The position numbers and the translations under genes were made by a program. This document shows positions 1-9,724 of a stretch of 64,000 nt of DNA, in pieces (the stretch's first letter is position 1; every line of letters starts with the position of its first letter). The notes below the pieces were generated by a model that saw only the letters and a list, made by a program, of their open reading frames with translations, did no database searches and was not told the DNA's origin. The stretch is from NCBI GenBank assembly GCA_965246715.1, contig CBDFFH010000055.1, positions 1 through 64,000 of the forward strand, read 5' to 3'. The DNA comes from Chamaesiphon sp. (GTDB lineage Bacteria; Cyanobacteriota; Cyanobacteriia; Cyanobacteriales; Chamaesiphonaceae).

Positions 1-1348
1 TTAATAATCCAAGAAATAATCCAACAATCCACAAATAGATTGAACTATAAAACAATCCTAAAAATCCACTAAATAGTCCAATAACTAGACCTAAAAGTAG
101 ACCTAAAAGTAGAATGTATGCCCACTGCTGATGTTTGGACAGCCAACTCGGTTGCATTTTCTCAATCAAAAAATCATTTTCCGAGTCCTGTAAAAGCTGC
201 AAAGCCAATATTTCGAGCCACTTCTGACTTTGCTCGAAGCTAGGAATCTTTCCTTTTTGATAAAAAAGACTAGTTTTATCCAGGGTTAGCTGTCGTCGGA
301 CATAGGCATCCAACAATAAATTTACTCGATCTCCAGCTAAAGTTGCCTGTTGCCACTGGGTTCGATCTATTTCTCCATAAGCGAGAACTGCCATCGATAA
401 CAGCAACGGTCTCCGAATCAATTCCAACAAATTTTCATCCGCAGCCAAGCTCTCCCATAGCTCCGGTTGCTTCGCATCGCTCAGAAAAAGCTGAATCTGC
501 TCATCCGTCAGATCTTGCAGATAAACGGCTCCCCCCACATCCAATTCCAGCTTTTCAGAATAAGCTTCATACTGCTCCCGCCGACAGCAGATAGCTACTT
601 GTCTCGGACATGAATCTGAATTTAACCATTGTTGGATTGCTCTCACACAATCCTGTTGATACTCTGGACGTACCTCATCCAACCCATCCAGTAACGGAAT
701 TAACCGTCTTTGTTCGATCCATTTCTCAATTTTTTCGGGTGAAAATTTATATTCAGCTCGTACTTTGAACGCCACAAAATCAGAGAATGACCAAGTAGGA
801 AGTGTTTCGGGGGCAGCCTGTTTCCGAGAACTCTGGGGAAATATAGTCGAAATTTTACTCCATGCAGAACTTGACTGAGGTGCGGTAGGTTGCCAATCAG
901 AGAGATCTACTACAACCGGAACCCTAAGTTTTGGGTCGTTGTCTGCCCTGACAACTAGTTCTAATGCCAGATCTAGCAAACTCGTAGATTTCCCCGCTCC
1001 TGGTTCACCCAAAATCAGTAAATGACCCTTGCATCGATCGAATACTTGCTCGATGGTTGTCTCTGGTGGCAATAGTTGATTTGGTTGCTCGATCGCAACC
1101 TTCACCTCCATACTCCAAGGACGCACTTGTTGCGGTTGCATCTGTTTCTGCAAGTTAAGATTCACCGCATTATGCAGTTGTTGGGACAGTCTGGATTCAG
1201 CCTTTTGTCTCACCGTCTCTAATAATTGGTCCTCTTCAGAAGAGCGTACTGTCTCCTGGGACTGTATCAGCACATTGCCATTAACAGTTTCAAAATTGTT
1301 TTGGTCGTTTCCTGTGCTTTGGTATTGCCGCTTATCTCTTTTTCCCAC
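1..1348 (-). CDS. NACHT (STAND) NTPase with N-terminal amyloid-like motif and C-terminal multi-pass hydrophobic region; 3' end runs off the window
   Basis: Absent from the ORF track because it has no stop in the window. Manual translation from GTG at 1348 gives MGKRDKRQYQSTGNDQNNFETVNGNVLIQ, Walker A LLILGEPGAGKST, Walker B LIPLLDGLDEV, FLIEKMQPSWL, then Gly/Leu-rich TM segments (LLLGLLLGLVIGLFSG). Confidence 0.9.
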   Translation of the reverse strand, partial: MGKRDKRQYQSTGNDQNNFETVNGNVLIQSQETVRSSEEDQLLETVRQKAESRLSQQLHNAVNLNLQKQMQPQQVRPWSMEVKVAIEQPNQLLPPETTIEQVFDRCKGHLLILGEPGAGKSTSLLDLALELVVRADNDPKLRVPVVVDLSDWQPTAPQSSSAWSKISTIFPQSSRKQAAPETLPTWSFSDFVAFKVRAEYKFSPEKIEKWIEQRRLIPLLDGLDEVRPEYQQDCVRAIQQWLNSDSCPRQVAICCRREQYEAYSEKLELDVGGAVYLQDLTDEQIQLFLSDAKQPELWESLAADENLLELIRRPLLLSMAVLAYGEIDRTQWQQATLAGDRVNLLLDAYVRRQLTLDKTSLFYQKGKIPSFEQSQKWLEILALQLLQDSENDFLIEKMQPSWLSKHQQWAYILLLGLLLGLVIGLFSGFLGLFYSSIYLWIVGLFLGLL

Positions 1349-1405
1349 GGTTATGATCCACCAATTATGACATTGCCATTGACAGTTTCAAAATTGTTTT
1401 GGTCG
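1272..1405. repeat. 36-bp direct repeat (35/36 identical) encoding the shared DQNNFETVNGNV motif
   Basis: 1272-1307 acattgccattaacagtttcaaaattgttttggtcg versus 1370-1405 acattgccattgacagtttcaaaattgttttggtcg. Confidence 0.95.
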
Positions 1406-1764
1406 CCACCATAATTTTTGTATTCTCGATTCGAGGTGGTTTGATTTTGGATGTTGATAATTTGCTGTGCCACCTGTCGTAGCTCTGTTGCAAAAACAGC
1501 ATCATCTGACATCACATCCTCTAGATAGACTTCCAGCTTTTTCAATGCCGCTGAATCACCATCTGTCTCGACTGCCGCGATCGCTGCTTCTGCTTTCGCA
1601 TTCCCCTGGAATTTGGTAACTATTTTATCGCGTAGTTGCTTTGCCAGGTCGATCGTCCCACCTACAGCTTTTTTCGCGACTTCACCAGCCCCTGATTTAA
1701 CAAATTCCTGAAACGCCAAGTTGAGGATCGAGCCTACCGCGATCGTCGTTACTGGGTCGGTCAT
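1351..1764 (-). CDS. Small helical protein, Bell/HeLo-like putative effector with C-terminal amyloid-like motif
   Basis: 137 aa with an N-terminal hydrophobic/Gly-Ala helix (TTIAVGSILNLAFQEFVKSGAGEVAKKA), a helical body, and a C-terminal QNQTTSNREYKNYGGDQNNFETVNGNVIIGGS that matches the neighbouring NACHT N-terminus. Confidence 0.75.
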   Translation of the reverse strand: MTDPVTTIAVGSILNLAFQEFVKSGAGEVAKKAVGGTIDLAKQLRDKIVTKFQGNAKAEAAIAAVETDGDSAALKKLEVYLEDVMSDDAVFATELRQVAQQIINIQNQTTSNREYKNYGGDQNNFETVNGNVIIGGS

Positions 1765-1949
1765 TTTAATTATTCCTCAAAATCATTATTTTTGATACTA
1801 CTCTATAATTCCCCGAATATCCACTTTATCGCTTGTGGCGACTACGGTTGCTAGAATTATCACGATCGATCGAAAAATAGCCACCTCCATAACAGAGATA
1901 GCTACTAATTTAATGGGAAAACCCATTTACAACTGATTCAGATTAAGCC

Positions 1950-3587
1950 TTAGTAATCGAATTCATTACTGCCCATGGCACCACCGCCACCACCACCAGC
2001 ACCGTCTTTCTCAGGTTTATCGACGATGATGCACTCGGTAGTTAAGATCATGGCTGCGATCGAAGCGGCGTTTTGCAGCGCCGAACGAGTTACTTTCGCA
2101 GGGTCAACGATCCCAGCTTCAAACATGTCTACAAACTCGTTAGTTGCAGCATTATAACCAACATCAAAGGACTTTTCTTTGACGCGCTCGGCGATAATGG
2201 CACCGTTTTGACCAGCGTTTTCAGCAATCCGTTTCAGGGGAGCTGAGAGAGCGCGAGTTACGATTAGCGCACCAGTTAATTCCTCATCCTTGAGGTTAGC
2301 ATTCGCCCAAGTTTCGAGTTCGGGAGAGAGGTGAGCCAAGATGGTACCACCACCAGGAACGATACCTTCTTCAACTGCGGCTTTAGTTGCGTTGATCGCA
2401 TCTTCTAAGCGCAGTTTGCGGTCTTTCATTTCGGTTTCAGTAGCAGCACCAACTTTGATGACGGCAACACCACCAGCTAATTTAGCCAGACGCTCTTGGA
2501 GCTTCTCTTTGTCGTAGGAAGAATCGCTTTCTTCCATTTGACGACGGATTTGCTCGCAACGCGATTTAACAGTTGCTTCATTACCTTCAGCAACGATCGT
2601 GGTGCTATCTTTGGTAATCGTGATCCGACGAGCTTGACCGAGGGACTCTAGTTTAGTAGCATCTAGTTTCAAACCAGCATCTTCAGTCACTAGTTGACCA
2701 CCAGTTAAGACGGCGATATCTTCGAGCATCGCTTTACGACGATCGCCGAAACCAGGAGCTTTAACGGCTGCAACGTTTAATACGCCACGCAGACGGTTGA
2801 CAACTAGAGTAGCTAGAGCTTCTTTCTCGATGTCTTCAGCTAAAATCAGCAACGGACGACCAGAACGAGCAACTTGCTCGAGGATCGGAACTAAATCCTG
2901 TACCAAGTTGATTTTCTTGTCGGTAATCAGGATGTAAGGCTGTTCGAGAACTGCTTCCATCCGCTCCATATCGGTCGCGAAGTAAGGAGAGATATAGCCT
3001 TTGTCAAAGCGCATCCCTTCAGTAATTTCTAGTTCGGTAGTCATGGACTTACCTTCTTCTAGAGAGATAACGCCTTCTTTACCAACTTTATCCATTGCGT
3101 TAGCAATCATTTCGCCGACTTCGTTGTCGTTACCAGCGGAGATGGCAGCTACTTGCGCGATCGCTTTGGAGTCTTCTACAGGTTTAGCGTGAGCGGCGAT
3201 TTTCTCAACGAGGAAACTAGTCGCTTTATCGATCCCACGTTTGAGGGCGATCGCATTGGCACCAGCGGCTACGTTACGCAAGCCTTCTTTGACGATTGCG
3301 TGAGCGAGGACAGTAGCTGTAGTAGTACCGTCGCCAGCAGCGTCGTTTGTTTTGGATGCAGCTTGACGAATCAAGGCTACACCTGTGTTTTCGACGTTAT
3401 CTTCGAGTTCGATTTCTTTAGCAATGGTGACACCATCGTTAACGATTTGGGGTGCGCCAAATTTCTTCTCTAGTACCACGTTCCGACCTTTGGGGCCGAG
3501 GGTAACTGCTACTGCTTCAGCCAAAATGTCCATCCCGCGTTCGAGCGCGCGACGAGCATTTTCGTTATAAATAATCCGCTTTGCCAT
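1950..3587 (-). CDS. groEL: Chaperonin GroEL (operonic groEL1 type)
   Basis: [37 protein letters not shown]; lies directly downstream of groES. Confidence 0.99.
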   Translation of the reverse strand: MAKRIIYNENARRALERGMDILAEAVAVTLGPKGRNVVLEKKFGAPQIVNDGVTIAKEIELEDNVENTGVALIRQAASKTNDAAGDGTTTATVLAHAIVKEGLRNVAAGANAIALKRGIDKATSFLVEKIAAHAKPVEDSKAIAQVAAISAGNDNEVGEMIANAMDKVGKEGVISLEEGKSMTTELEITEGMRFDKGYISPYFATDMERMEAVLEQPYILITDKKINLVQDLVPILEQVARSGRPLLILAEDIEKEALATLVVNRLRGVLNVAAVKAPGFGDRRKAMLEDIAVLTGGQLVTEDAGLKLDATKLESLGQARRITITKDSTTIVAEGNEATVKSRCEQIRRQMEESDSSYDKEKLQERLAKLAGGVAVIKVGAATETEMKDRKLRLEDAINATKAAVEEGIVPGGGTILAHLSPELETWANANLKDEELTGALIVTRALSAPLKRIAENAGQNGAIIAERVKEKSFDVGYNAATNEFVDMFEAGIVDPAKVTRSALQNAASIAAMILTTECIIVDKPEKDGAGGGGGGAMGSNEFDY

Positions 3588-3672
3588 AATCTTTAACTTT
3601 AATTTGAGGAGTTAGGGAAGGATTGTTAATAATTAGGGAATAGGGGATAGAGAATCAGGGACTAGTAGTTAA

Positions 3673-3711
3673 ACTGTTCACTGTTCACTGTTCACTGTTC
3701 ACTGTTCACTG
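3673..3711. repeat. Heptamer tandem repeat (STRR-like) ACTGTTC, 5 full copies plus a partial
   Basis: Seen directly in the groES-groEL spacer. Similar heptamer runs occur at about 4150-4173, 4281-4303, 9655-9700 and 46530-46553. Confidence 0.85.
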
Positions 3712-3714
3712 AAT

Positions 3715-4026
3715 CTAGCCAACTACAGCTAAGATGTCTTTTTCGGATAAGAGGACGTATTCGTCGCCGCCGAGTTTGATGTCGGTACCAGCGTATTTAG
3801 AATAAAGAACTTTGTCGCCGATTTTGATTTCAGGCTCTTGACGGGTACCGTCGTCATTACGTTTGCCAGGGCCAACTTGGACGATTTCGCCAATTTGGGG
3901 CTTTTCCTTTGCAGTGTCAGGAAGAAGGATGCCACCAGCGGTTTTTTCTTCGGATGCGCTGACTTTAACGAAAACGCGATCGCCCAAAGGCTTGACTGTA
4001 GATACGCTTAAAGATACTGATGCCAT
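3715..4026 (-). CDS. groES: Co-chaperonin GroES
   Basis: [38 protein letters not shown]. Confidence 0.99.
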   Translation of the reverse strand: MASVSLSVSTVKPLGDRVFVKVSASEEKTAGGILLPDTAKEKPQIGEIVQVGPGKRNDDGTRQEPEIKIGDKVLYSKYAGTDIKLGGDEYVLLSEKDILAVVG

Positions 4027-4041
4027 AATTATTTAGGAGTT

Positions 4042-4068
4042 TTAGCACTCTCGACTTCTGAGTGCCAA
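4042..4068. promoter_or_regulatory. CIRCE element (HrcA operator)
   Basis: TTAGCACTC-N9-GAGTGCCAA, one mismatch to consensus, 15 bp upstream of groES. Confidence 0.93.
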
Positions 4069-4107
4069 TTTAGCCGACTGTGGTATGTCATGGCAAGCAA
4101 GGGTTGA

Positions 4108-4123
4108 GTACGGGTTCCCGCAC
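4108..4123 (-). promoter_or_regulatory. K-box of the cyanobacterial groESL promoter
   Basis: Minus strand GTGCGG-GAAC-CCGTAC versus K-box consensus GTTCGG-NNAN-CCNNAC, just upstream of a TTGCCA -35-like hexamer (4091-4096). Confidence 0.7.
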
Positions 4124-4345
4124 TGCATCAGAAATTATGACCGCCGATCGGGAATTGGGGATTGGGGATTAGGGATGCTATCGATCTCAACAGCGCTGAA
4201 AAAGAGTGGGTTTTTCGACCAATTTAAAAAACGATCCCGACAGATGGATCGATCGACTCCTGAGACAGCCTGACTTCCCCAATCCAAAATCCAAAATCCA
4301 AAATGGTATTACTTTCGCAGGAAGTCTAATGAAAAAGGTCATGAA

Positions 4346-5140
4346 TCAGCGATCGACTGTCCACTGATAAGCTGCCATACTCAAGTCACCATAGGTAAAA
4401 CTCGAATGGATCTGCGTCCCGCGAGCGTGGTTACCTGCGGCTCCCATCGCGACAAATAGGGGCAGGAGATGTTCCTCACTGGGATGGTTGTAAATGGCAT
4501 AGGGAGCGCGACTGCGATATGCGAGGAGATCTTCGGTGTCGCCCGCTGCGATCGCATTTGTCAGCCAATCGACGAATTGCATAGTCTGGGAGTGCGAGTG
4601 CGGTTGGGCATGGTAATCGGCATTGAGGATACTGAGATTATGCGTGGCGCTGCCACTAGCCATAATCAGGATGCCTTCATCCCGCAAAGGTGCGAGTACT
4701 TGTCCCACCCGAAAGTGATGGGTGGGATTTAAGTGCGGCTGAATCGATAGCTGAGTAACCGGAATATTTGCTTCACGATATGCCAGGATTAGGGGTGTCC
4801 ATGCGCCGTGGTCTAGTCCATAATCGATACTCTTTTGGCACTCGATCGCCTTTTCAGACAACAATTCAACTACCCGCTGGGCGAGTTCGATCGCTCCTGG
4901 AGCTGGGTATTCAAGCTGGTGAAGTGTGGCCGGAAATCCATAAAAATCATGAATGGTACGCGGAGTTGTCGCGAAGCTGACTGTCGGCTGTTGCGTGCTC
5001 CAATGTGCCGAAATTACCAGGATGGCTTGAGGTGTGGGGATCGTTCGACCCAGTTGCTTGAGAAAGTCAGGGGCAGCACCCGATCGCAATGGTAAGTCTG
5101 GCGCACCGTGAGAAACAAAAATTGCAGGGATTTGGGGCAT
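4346..5140 (-). CDS. Class III extradiol ring-cleavage dioxygenase (LigB/DODA/YgiD-like)
   Basis: FVSHGAP, ISAHW, TIHDFYGFP, GLDHGAW, SGSATHNL, HPSEEHLLPL motifs. Confidence 0.92.
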   Translation of the reverse strand: MPQIPAIFVSHGAPDLPLRSGAAPDFLKQLGRTIPTPQAILVISAHWSTQQPTVSFATTPRTIHDFYGFPATLHQLEYPAPGAIELAQRVVELLSEKAIECQKSIDYGLDHGAWTPLILAYREANIPVTQLSIQPHLNPTHHFRVGQVLAPLRDEGILIMASGSATHNLSILNADYHAQPHSHSQTMQFVDWLTNAIAAGDTEDLLAYRSRAPYAIYNHPSEEHLLPLFVAMGAAGNHARGTQIHSSFTYGDLSMAAYQWTVDR

Positions 5141-5261
5141 AAATCTTTGGTGGCAAGATCTAACTGCCAGGTTATACCATTTTGGATTGGGAAAGCGTTG
5201 CTATATCCGAAGCCTGCAGATCTATCTGTCGCCCTTATGGTTTAAATCGGTATTAATTTCC

Positions 5262-5294
5262 AGGTAGAGACGTTCCAATGGAACGTCTCTACCT
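5262..5294. repeat. GTAG-type REP-like palindrome
   Basis: AGGTAGAGACGTTCCA-A-TGGAACGTCTCTACCT, a perfect 16-bp inverted repeat. Confidence 0.8.
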
Positions 5295-5331
5295 AATCAA
5301 TGGGTGGAATGCCGAACGAGTTAAAGTAACC

Positions 5332-5631
5332 TAGCGTCAGTTCGGGATAAGGATTTCCGATTAACGAATCCTGGCTTCGTTTCGGAACCGTCCCCAAACA
5401 ATAACCCCCAACCCACAGATCGACCCATAGTGCGGAGCTAATGCGAAGCGCTCTTGGCTGCTCACAAACCAACCCTTGTGCAGGGGAGTTTGAGGGGCGG
5501 CACTCCGCTCCTCAACGGGGGGTCTGGGGGAAGCCTCCCCCAAATCCGGGTTCTTTAGCACCAATAACTTAAGACTAAGCACCAGTCCAAGAATGGTCTA
5601 AAAGGGAAATCCTTAACCCGAATTGAGGTTA
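5332..5631. mobile_element. Putative MITE (300 bp) with 27-bp imperfect terminal inverted repeats
   Basis: Left TAGCGTCAGTTCGGGATAAGGATTTCC versus reverse complement of the right end TAACCTCAATTCGGGTTAAGGATTTCC (23/27). Internal GC-rich hairpins, no transposase. Confidence 0.7.
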
Positions 5632-5633
5632 AT

Positions 5634-5996
5634 CTAAGTTGCGTAATAGTAGCGATCGCTAATCACCTTACCGTCTTTCCATCGCGATACAGAAATTTGG
5701 TCGTGAGTTACTTTCCCCCATTCAGCATGAGTGTAATCAGCAAACCATTCCGAAATAATTAGATTTTCTCGAAAAGCCACTTCTTTCAATTTCAGTCCCC
5801 GAAATTCGGTGATTTTACTAAAGAAATCCAGCTCCCGTGCGCGATTTGCGTCTTTGCCAACGGTCGGAGGGTTGTCATTCTCCTGCATTAAGACATCCTC
5901 GGCGTAGTATTTCTCAAACACTTCCATTGCTTTATTTTGTGACAGCAATGTCTTGATATCTTCATAGATCGCTCTTAACTCGGTAGGTGTCGTCAT
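5634..5996 (-). CDS. SnoaL-like / NTF2-family protein
   Basis: EKYYAEDVLMQENDNPPTVGK and SRWKDGKVISDRYYY pattern. Confidence 0.85.
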   Translation of the reverse strand: MTTPTELRAIYEDIKTLLSQNKAMEVFEKYYAEDVLMQENDNPPTVGKDANRARELDFFSKITEFRGLKLKEVAFRENLIISEWFADYTHAEWGKVTHDQISVSRWKDGKVISDRYYYAT

Positions 5997-6121
5997 AACT
6001 TGGCTCCGATTCAGCTATATTTTGTTTGCGTATTTAGCGATATCTATATCATGCTTTATTCCTCTAGATTTGAGAAGATCGCAAAATAGAATATAATATA
6101 TTCCTGAGAAGAATTAATTTC

Positions 6122-7027
6122 ATGCTCGATCGCATTACCTGCATTAAAAGTTTCGTGCGAACTGTCGAGACTGGCAGTTTCTCCGCTGTAGCCAGAGAAC
6201 TAAATACTACCCAACCGACGATTAGCAAACAGATTGCCGCATTAGAGGAATATTTAGACGTACAATTATTGATTCGATCGACTCGCAAGGTCGGCCTTAC
6301 CGATGAAGGGATGCGGTTTTACCAGCATTCTCAGCTAGTTTTAACCGCACTTGCAGAAGCAGAAGCTAGTGTCGGTAGCAGACAGATCCCCAGTGGTGTC
6401 CTGCGGGTCAATTGCTCGGTTTCGTTTGGATTGATGCAGATCTTGCCGCGCTTAAAACGATTTCTCGATCGCTATCCCGATCTCAAAGTCGATCTCACGC
6501 TGTCCGATTACTATATCGATTTGGTCGAAGAAGGGATCGATGTGGCGATTAGAATTGGTAATTTTCACGCTCCCAATCTTGTCTCAGTACCAATTGGCAA
6601 ATCGAGACTCGTAACGGTGGCAGCGGCAGTATATTTACAAAAATTCGCTGCACCACAAGTGCCAGCAGATTTGAGCGAACATAACTGTATTGTCTACACT
6701 AGACAGTCAACGGGGAATGAATGGCAGTTTCAGGGTACTACTGTCACGATCGGGGGAAATTTGCAGGTAAATAATTCGGCGGCGCTCCGGGATGCGGTAT
6801 TAGCGGGGATTGGGATTGGGACATCACCGATGTGGGCCTTTGGTGCAGAGCTGGAAAATAAATCGGTAAAAATTCTGCTGGAAGACTACGAACCCGCACC
6901 ATTGCCAATTCAGGCGGTCTATCGACGGGGGCCGTTTCAGCCAGCGAAGGTAAAATGTTTGGTTGATTTTCTGCGCGATGAATTTGCTAGCATAGCCGCT
7001 GATTCCGAGCAGTGGGAGTTATCTTGA
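6122..7027 (+). CDS. LysR family transcriptional regulator (CrgA-like)
   Basis: N-terminal HTH GSFSAVARELNTTQPTISKQIAALE; DLVEEGIDVAIRIG substrate-binding domain. Confidence 0.95.
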   Translation: MLDRITCIKSFVRTVETGSFSAVARELNTTQPTISKQIAALEEYLDVQLLIRSTRKVGLTDEGMRFYQHSQLVLTALAEAEASVGSRQIPSGVLRVNCSVSFGLMQILPRLKRFLDRYPDLKVDLTLSDYYIDLVEEGIDVAIRIGNFHAPNLVSVPIGKSRLVTVAAAVYLQKFAAPQVPADLSEHNCIVYTRQSTGNEWQFQGTTVTIGGNLQVNNSAALRDAVLAGIGIGTSPMWAFGAELENKSVKILLEDYEPAPLPIQAVYRRGPFQPAKVKCLVDFLRDEFASIAADSEQWELS

Positions 7028-7155
7028 TGGCAGATAGATCGCAATCTCGGTGATAGAACTCATCAAAGTTTGTACTTATATTACGGATCGTTAGTCGTAA
7101 CCACTCTGGGCTTGGCAAATTTAGGTAAGATCGAGAAGCAGCATCTGAGGCAAGC

Positions 7156-7524
7156 ATGTTCGATCTAAGTACTATTACAGAGTTTTCTAGGTGTCATTGT
7201 ATCGGCATTTGTGCCTTCTTAGTGCCAACTAATTTACTGTTAGCCATTACCACACTGCTATTCACGGCACTAGATCGATCGCCACGCAATATTTATACGA
7301 TCGTCAGTATTGGGATCTTCCCAGCAATCGCTTTATTCCTCCACGTTGCTACTTGGTGGGCGATCGGTGTAGTCATGCTGCCAACATTCATTTTACCGAT
7401 CTTGGCGATGACTTGTTTGGCGATTTATGCTTACGCAGTAGTCAATCGTCAGCACCTAAAAAATTTACTCATCACGATCTTTGAATTTACGATCGCGAAG
7501 TATCAGCAATTAGTGACTGATTAG
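7156..7524 (+). CDS. Cyanobacterial hypothetical membrane protein
   Basis: RBS-like gagg before the ATG; three hydrophobic segments; EFSRCHCIGICAFLVPTNL and LHVATWWAIGVVM. Confidence 0.75.
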   Translation: MFDLSTITEFSRCHCIGICAFLVPTNLLLAITTLLFTALDRSPRNIYTIVSIGIFPAIALFLHVATWWAIGVVMLPTFILPILAMTCLAIYAYAVVNRQHLKNLLITIFEFTIAKYQQLVTD

Positions 7525-7645
7525 CAAGATCGAAATCATTCGATCGCTATTTTCGATTAGTTTTCGAATTCGATGAACTGAAAAACGCGTTAAAATACAA
7601 TCGATACTTTTGTGTTGTGACTTCATTTTAGCCAAGCCTAATATT

Positions 7646-8122
7646 ATGATTAAGCGTCGCTCTTTTCTCACTTATTTTAGTGTCGGCTGGTTGGCTAGTT
7701 GCTTCCCTGTAGTTCTGGCGGCGTGCGCTCCCAGTGGCTCATCGACTCAAGACACAACGGCTACAACCAATCCTCCAGCCGCAGATGACAAAGGCGGTGC
7801 TAAACCAGTACCAAAAACGACGGCTGATGGTTTTACGATCGTTGGTAATGTTGCAGATTTGGATAAAGCCGGACAACTTCAGATTCAGGGTATCGCGGTT
7901 ACCCGAGACCCCGCCAATTCTAAACAGATCCTCGCAGTCAACCCTAGATGCACTCATAAAGGTTGTACTGTCAAATGGATCGCCGCCGAGAAGAAGTATG
8001 AGTGCCCCTGCCACGATTCAGACTTTGCCGCAGATGGGAAAGTCTTAAAAGGGCCAGCAACTCAACCTTTAGTCACCTACTTAGCCAAAATTGAAGGTAC
8101 TCAAGTCGTCGTGAAAGCCTAG
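7646..8122 (+). CDS. Rieske 2Fe-2S protein, PetC3-like Tat lipoprotein
   Basis: Tat motif KRRSFL, lipobox LAAC, Rieske boxes CTHKGC and CPCHDSDF; ATG at 7646 preferred. Confidence 0.88.
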   Translation: MIKRRSFLTYFSVGWLASCFPVVLAACAPSGSSTQDTTATTNPPAADDKGGAKPVPKTTADGFTIVGNVADLDKAGQLQIQGIAVTRDPANSKQILAVNPRCTHKGCTVKWIAAEKKYECPCHDSDFAADGKVLKGPATQPLVTYLAKIEGTQVVVKA

Positions 8123-8144
8123 CGATAGACCTTCTGTCTCGCTA

Positions 8145-8177
8145 CACATGCGCTGAAGGAATCCTCCAGCGCATGTG
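8145..8177. terminator. Hairpin between convergent genes
   Basis: cacatgcgctgaagga-a-tcctccagcgcatgtg followed by a T-run. Confidence 0.6.
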
Positions 8178-8305
8178 CCGCTTTTTACGTTGGGTCTCCC
8201 GACGAGTGGTGCCCGCGCCGACACATAGAGGCAAGCAAGAAGAAGATCGCTGTTTAAAATCTGGGAAATAGATTCTACCCCGATGACTATGGGCTAATCA
8301 AGCTG

Positions 8306-9646
8306 CTATATATTCGCAAGTTTAGCTGGTAGTTTAACGGTAAATACACTACCGAATCCCAGTTTGCTACTAACTTGGATTGTCCCCTGATGCGATCGAA
8401 CGATCGCGCGGACAATGGCCAAACCCAGTCCAGTACCACCTGTAGCCCGAGATCGATCGACTTGCACGCGATAAAAACGATCGAATATCTGCGGTAAATC
8501 TACCGCAGCGATGCCAACTCCCAGATCTCGAACCGTAATAATTGCAGTGTTATCGGCATATTCCAGGCGGATCGTCACCACGCCAGCCGCAGCGGTATAT
8601 TGAATCGCGTTAGTAATCAAATTGGAGATCGCCCGATACAATCGATCGACATCTCCCATGACAATGCAGGGCTGAGCGACAAGCACTTCTAGCTGCAAAT
8701 CGACGTGCGTGGCAATTGCCAGTGGAGCTAATTCTTCTTCCAAATCGCCAACTAAATCGTTGAGCAAAATCGGTTGCTGGACGATCGGTAATTGTTTGGC
8801 TTCCAGCCGCGATAGCCACAATAAATCTGCTGCTAGCCGCGTCAGCTGTTGGACTTGTCGCGCGATCGTTTCTAGATTTGTGTGGGTTTCAGCTGCATTT
8901 GTGGCAGGATCTAGCGCACTTTCGACTGCTATTCGTGCGACAGCAAGCGGCGTTCGCAATTCATGAGCGGCATCGGCAGTAAATTGTTCGATCTGTTGGT
9001 AAGACCGATAAATCGGTTGCATTGCCAATCCCGACAACCACCAACTCGTACCGCCGATGGTGAACATCGCCAGCGGTACGCCAAAAATTAGCAGCAGATG
9101 TAGGCTCTGCATATACCCATCCAGCAGGTGATAAGACTGGGCGACTTGCAAATAGCCCCAGTCGCGATTGTCAATGGTTTGAATCGGCAGCGTGTGGAGA
9201 TGATAGCGTTCGCCGCGCTCGTCGGCAATCGTTTCCCAGCGCAGCTTGGGTGTCCAATTGGGAAATTTGCGAACCGGATTGCCTAAAGTTGCGATCGATC
9301 GACCGTCTAAACTCAACAAGCGCAGATAATACCCTTGTTTTTGGGTCAATTCGCCAATCTTGGAGTCCGCTCTAGTCGGCGAACATTGCCCGCCAACGAT
9401 ACACAATCCCGGCAATACTTTCATTGCCACCGGATCGACTATCTCTGGTTGTTGCAATACCCCTTCGAGCGTATCGTGGACTGTACCCGCTAATGTATTT
9501 AACTCTCGATCGACCGTCCGCTCGAAGACACGCATCATTGTCAAATGCATCGTATAACCACATAGCAGCGCAATCAATCCAATGACGATCGCATAAAATC
9601 CAGTTAATTGAATTCTCGTGCGATTGAAAAGTCGATTTTGGTGCAT
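8306..9646 (-). CDS. rppB: Sensor histidine kinase, RppB/NrsS family
   Basis: Two TM segments, periplasmic LPGLCIVGGQC motif, H-box FTADAAHELRTPL, HATPase IFDRFYRV/GGTGLGLAI; downstream of an RppA-like regulator. Confidence 0.8.
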   Translation of the reverse strand: MHQNRLFNRTRIQLTGFYAIVIGLIALLCGYTMHLTMMRVFERTVDRELNTLAGTVHDTLEGVLQQPEIVDPVAMKVLPGLCIVGGQCSPTRADSKIGELTQKQGYYLRLLSLDGRSIATLGNPVRKFPNWTPKLRWETIADERGERYHLHTLPIQTIDNRDWGYLQVAQSYHLLDGYMQSLHLLLIFGVPLAMFTIGGTSWWLSGLAMQPIYRSYQQIEQFTADAAHELRTPLAVARIAVESALDPATNAAETHTNLETIARQVQQLTRLAADLLWLSRLEAKQLPIVQQPILLNDLVGDLEEELAPLAIATHVDLQLEVLVAQPCIVMGDVDRLYRAISNLITNAIQYTAAAGVVTIRLEYADNTAIITVRDLGVGIAAVDLPQIFDRFYRVQVDRSRATGGTGLGLAIVRAIVRSHQGTIQVSSKLGFGSVFTVKLPAKLANI

Positions 9647-9724
9647 CTATAGAATAGTGAACAGTGAGTAGTGAACAGTGGATAGAGAATAGGGGATAGG
9701 GGATACTCTAATCTAGCAACGACG

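Noticed and set aside
343..1414. + strand ORFs 343-594 and 1226-1414
   Set aside because: Antisense shadows of the NACHT and effector genes.
5361..5582. 73-aa ORF
   Set aside because: Lies wholly inside the MITE-like element and reads through palindromic repeats.
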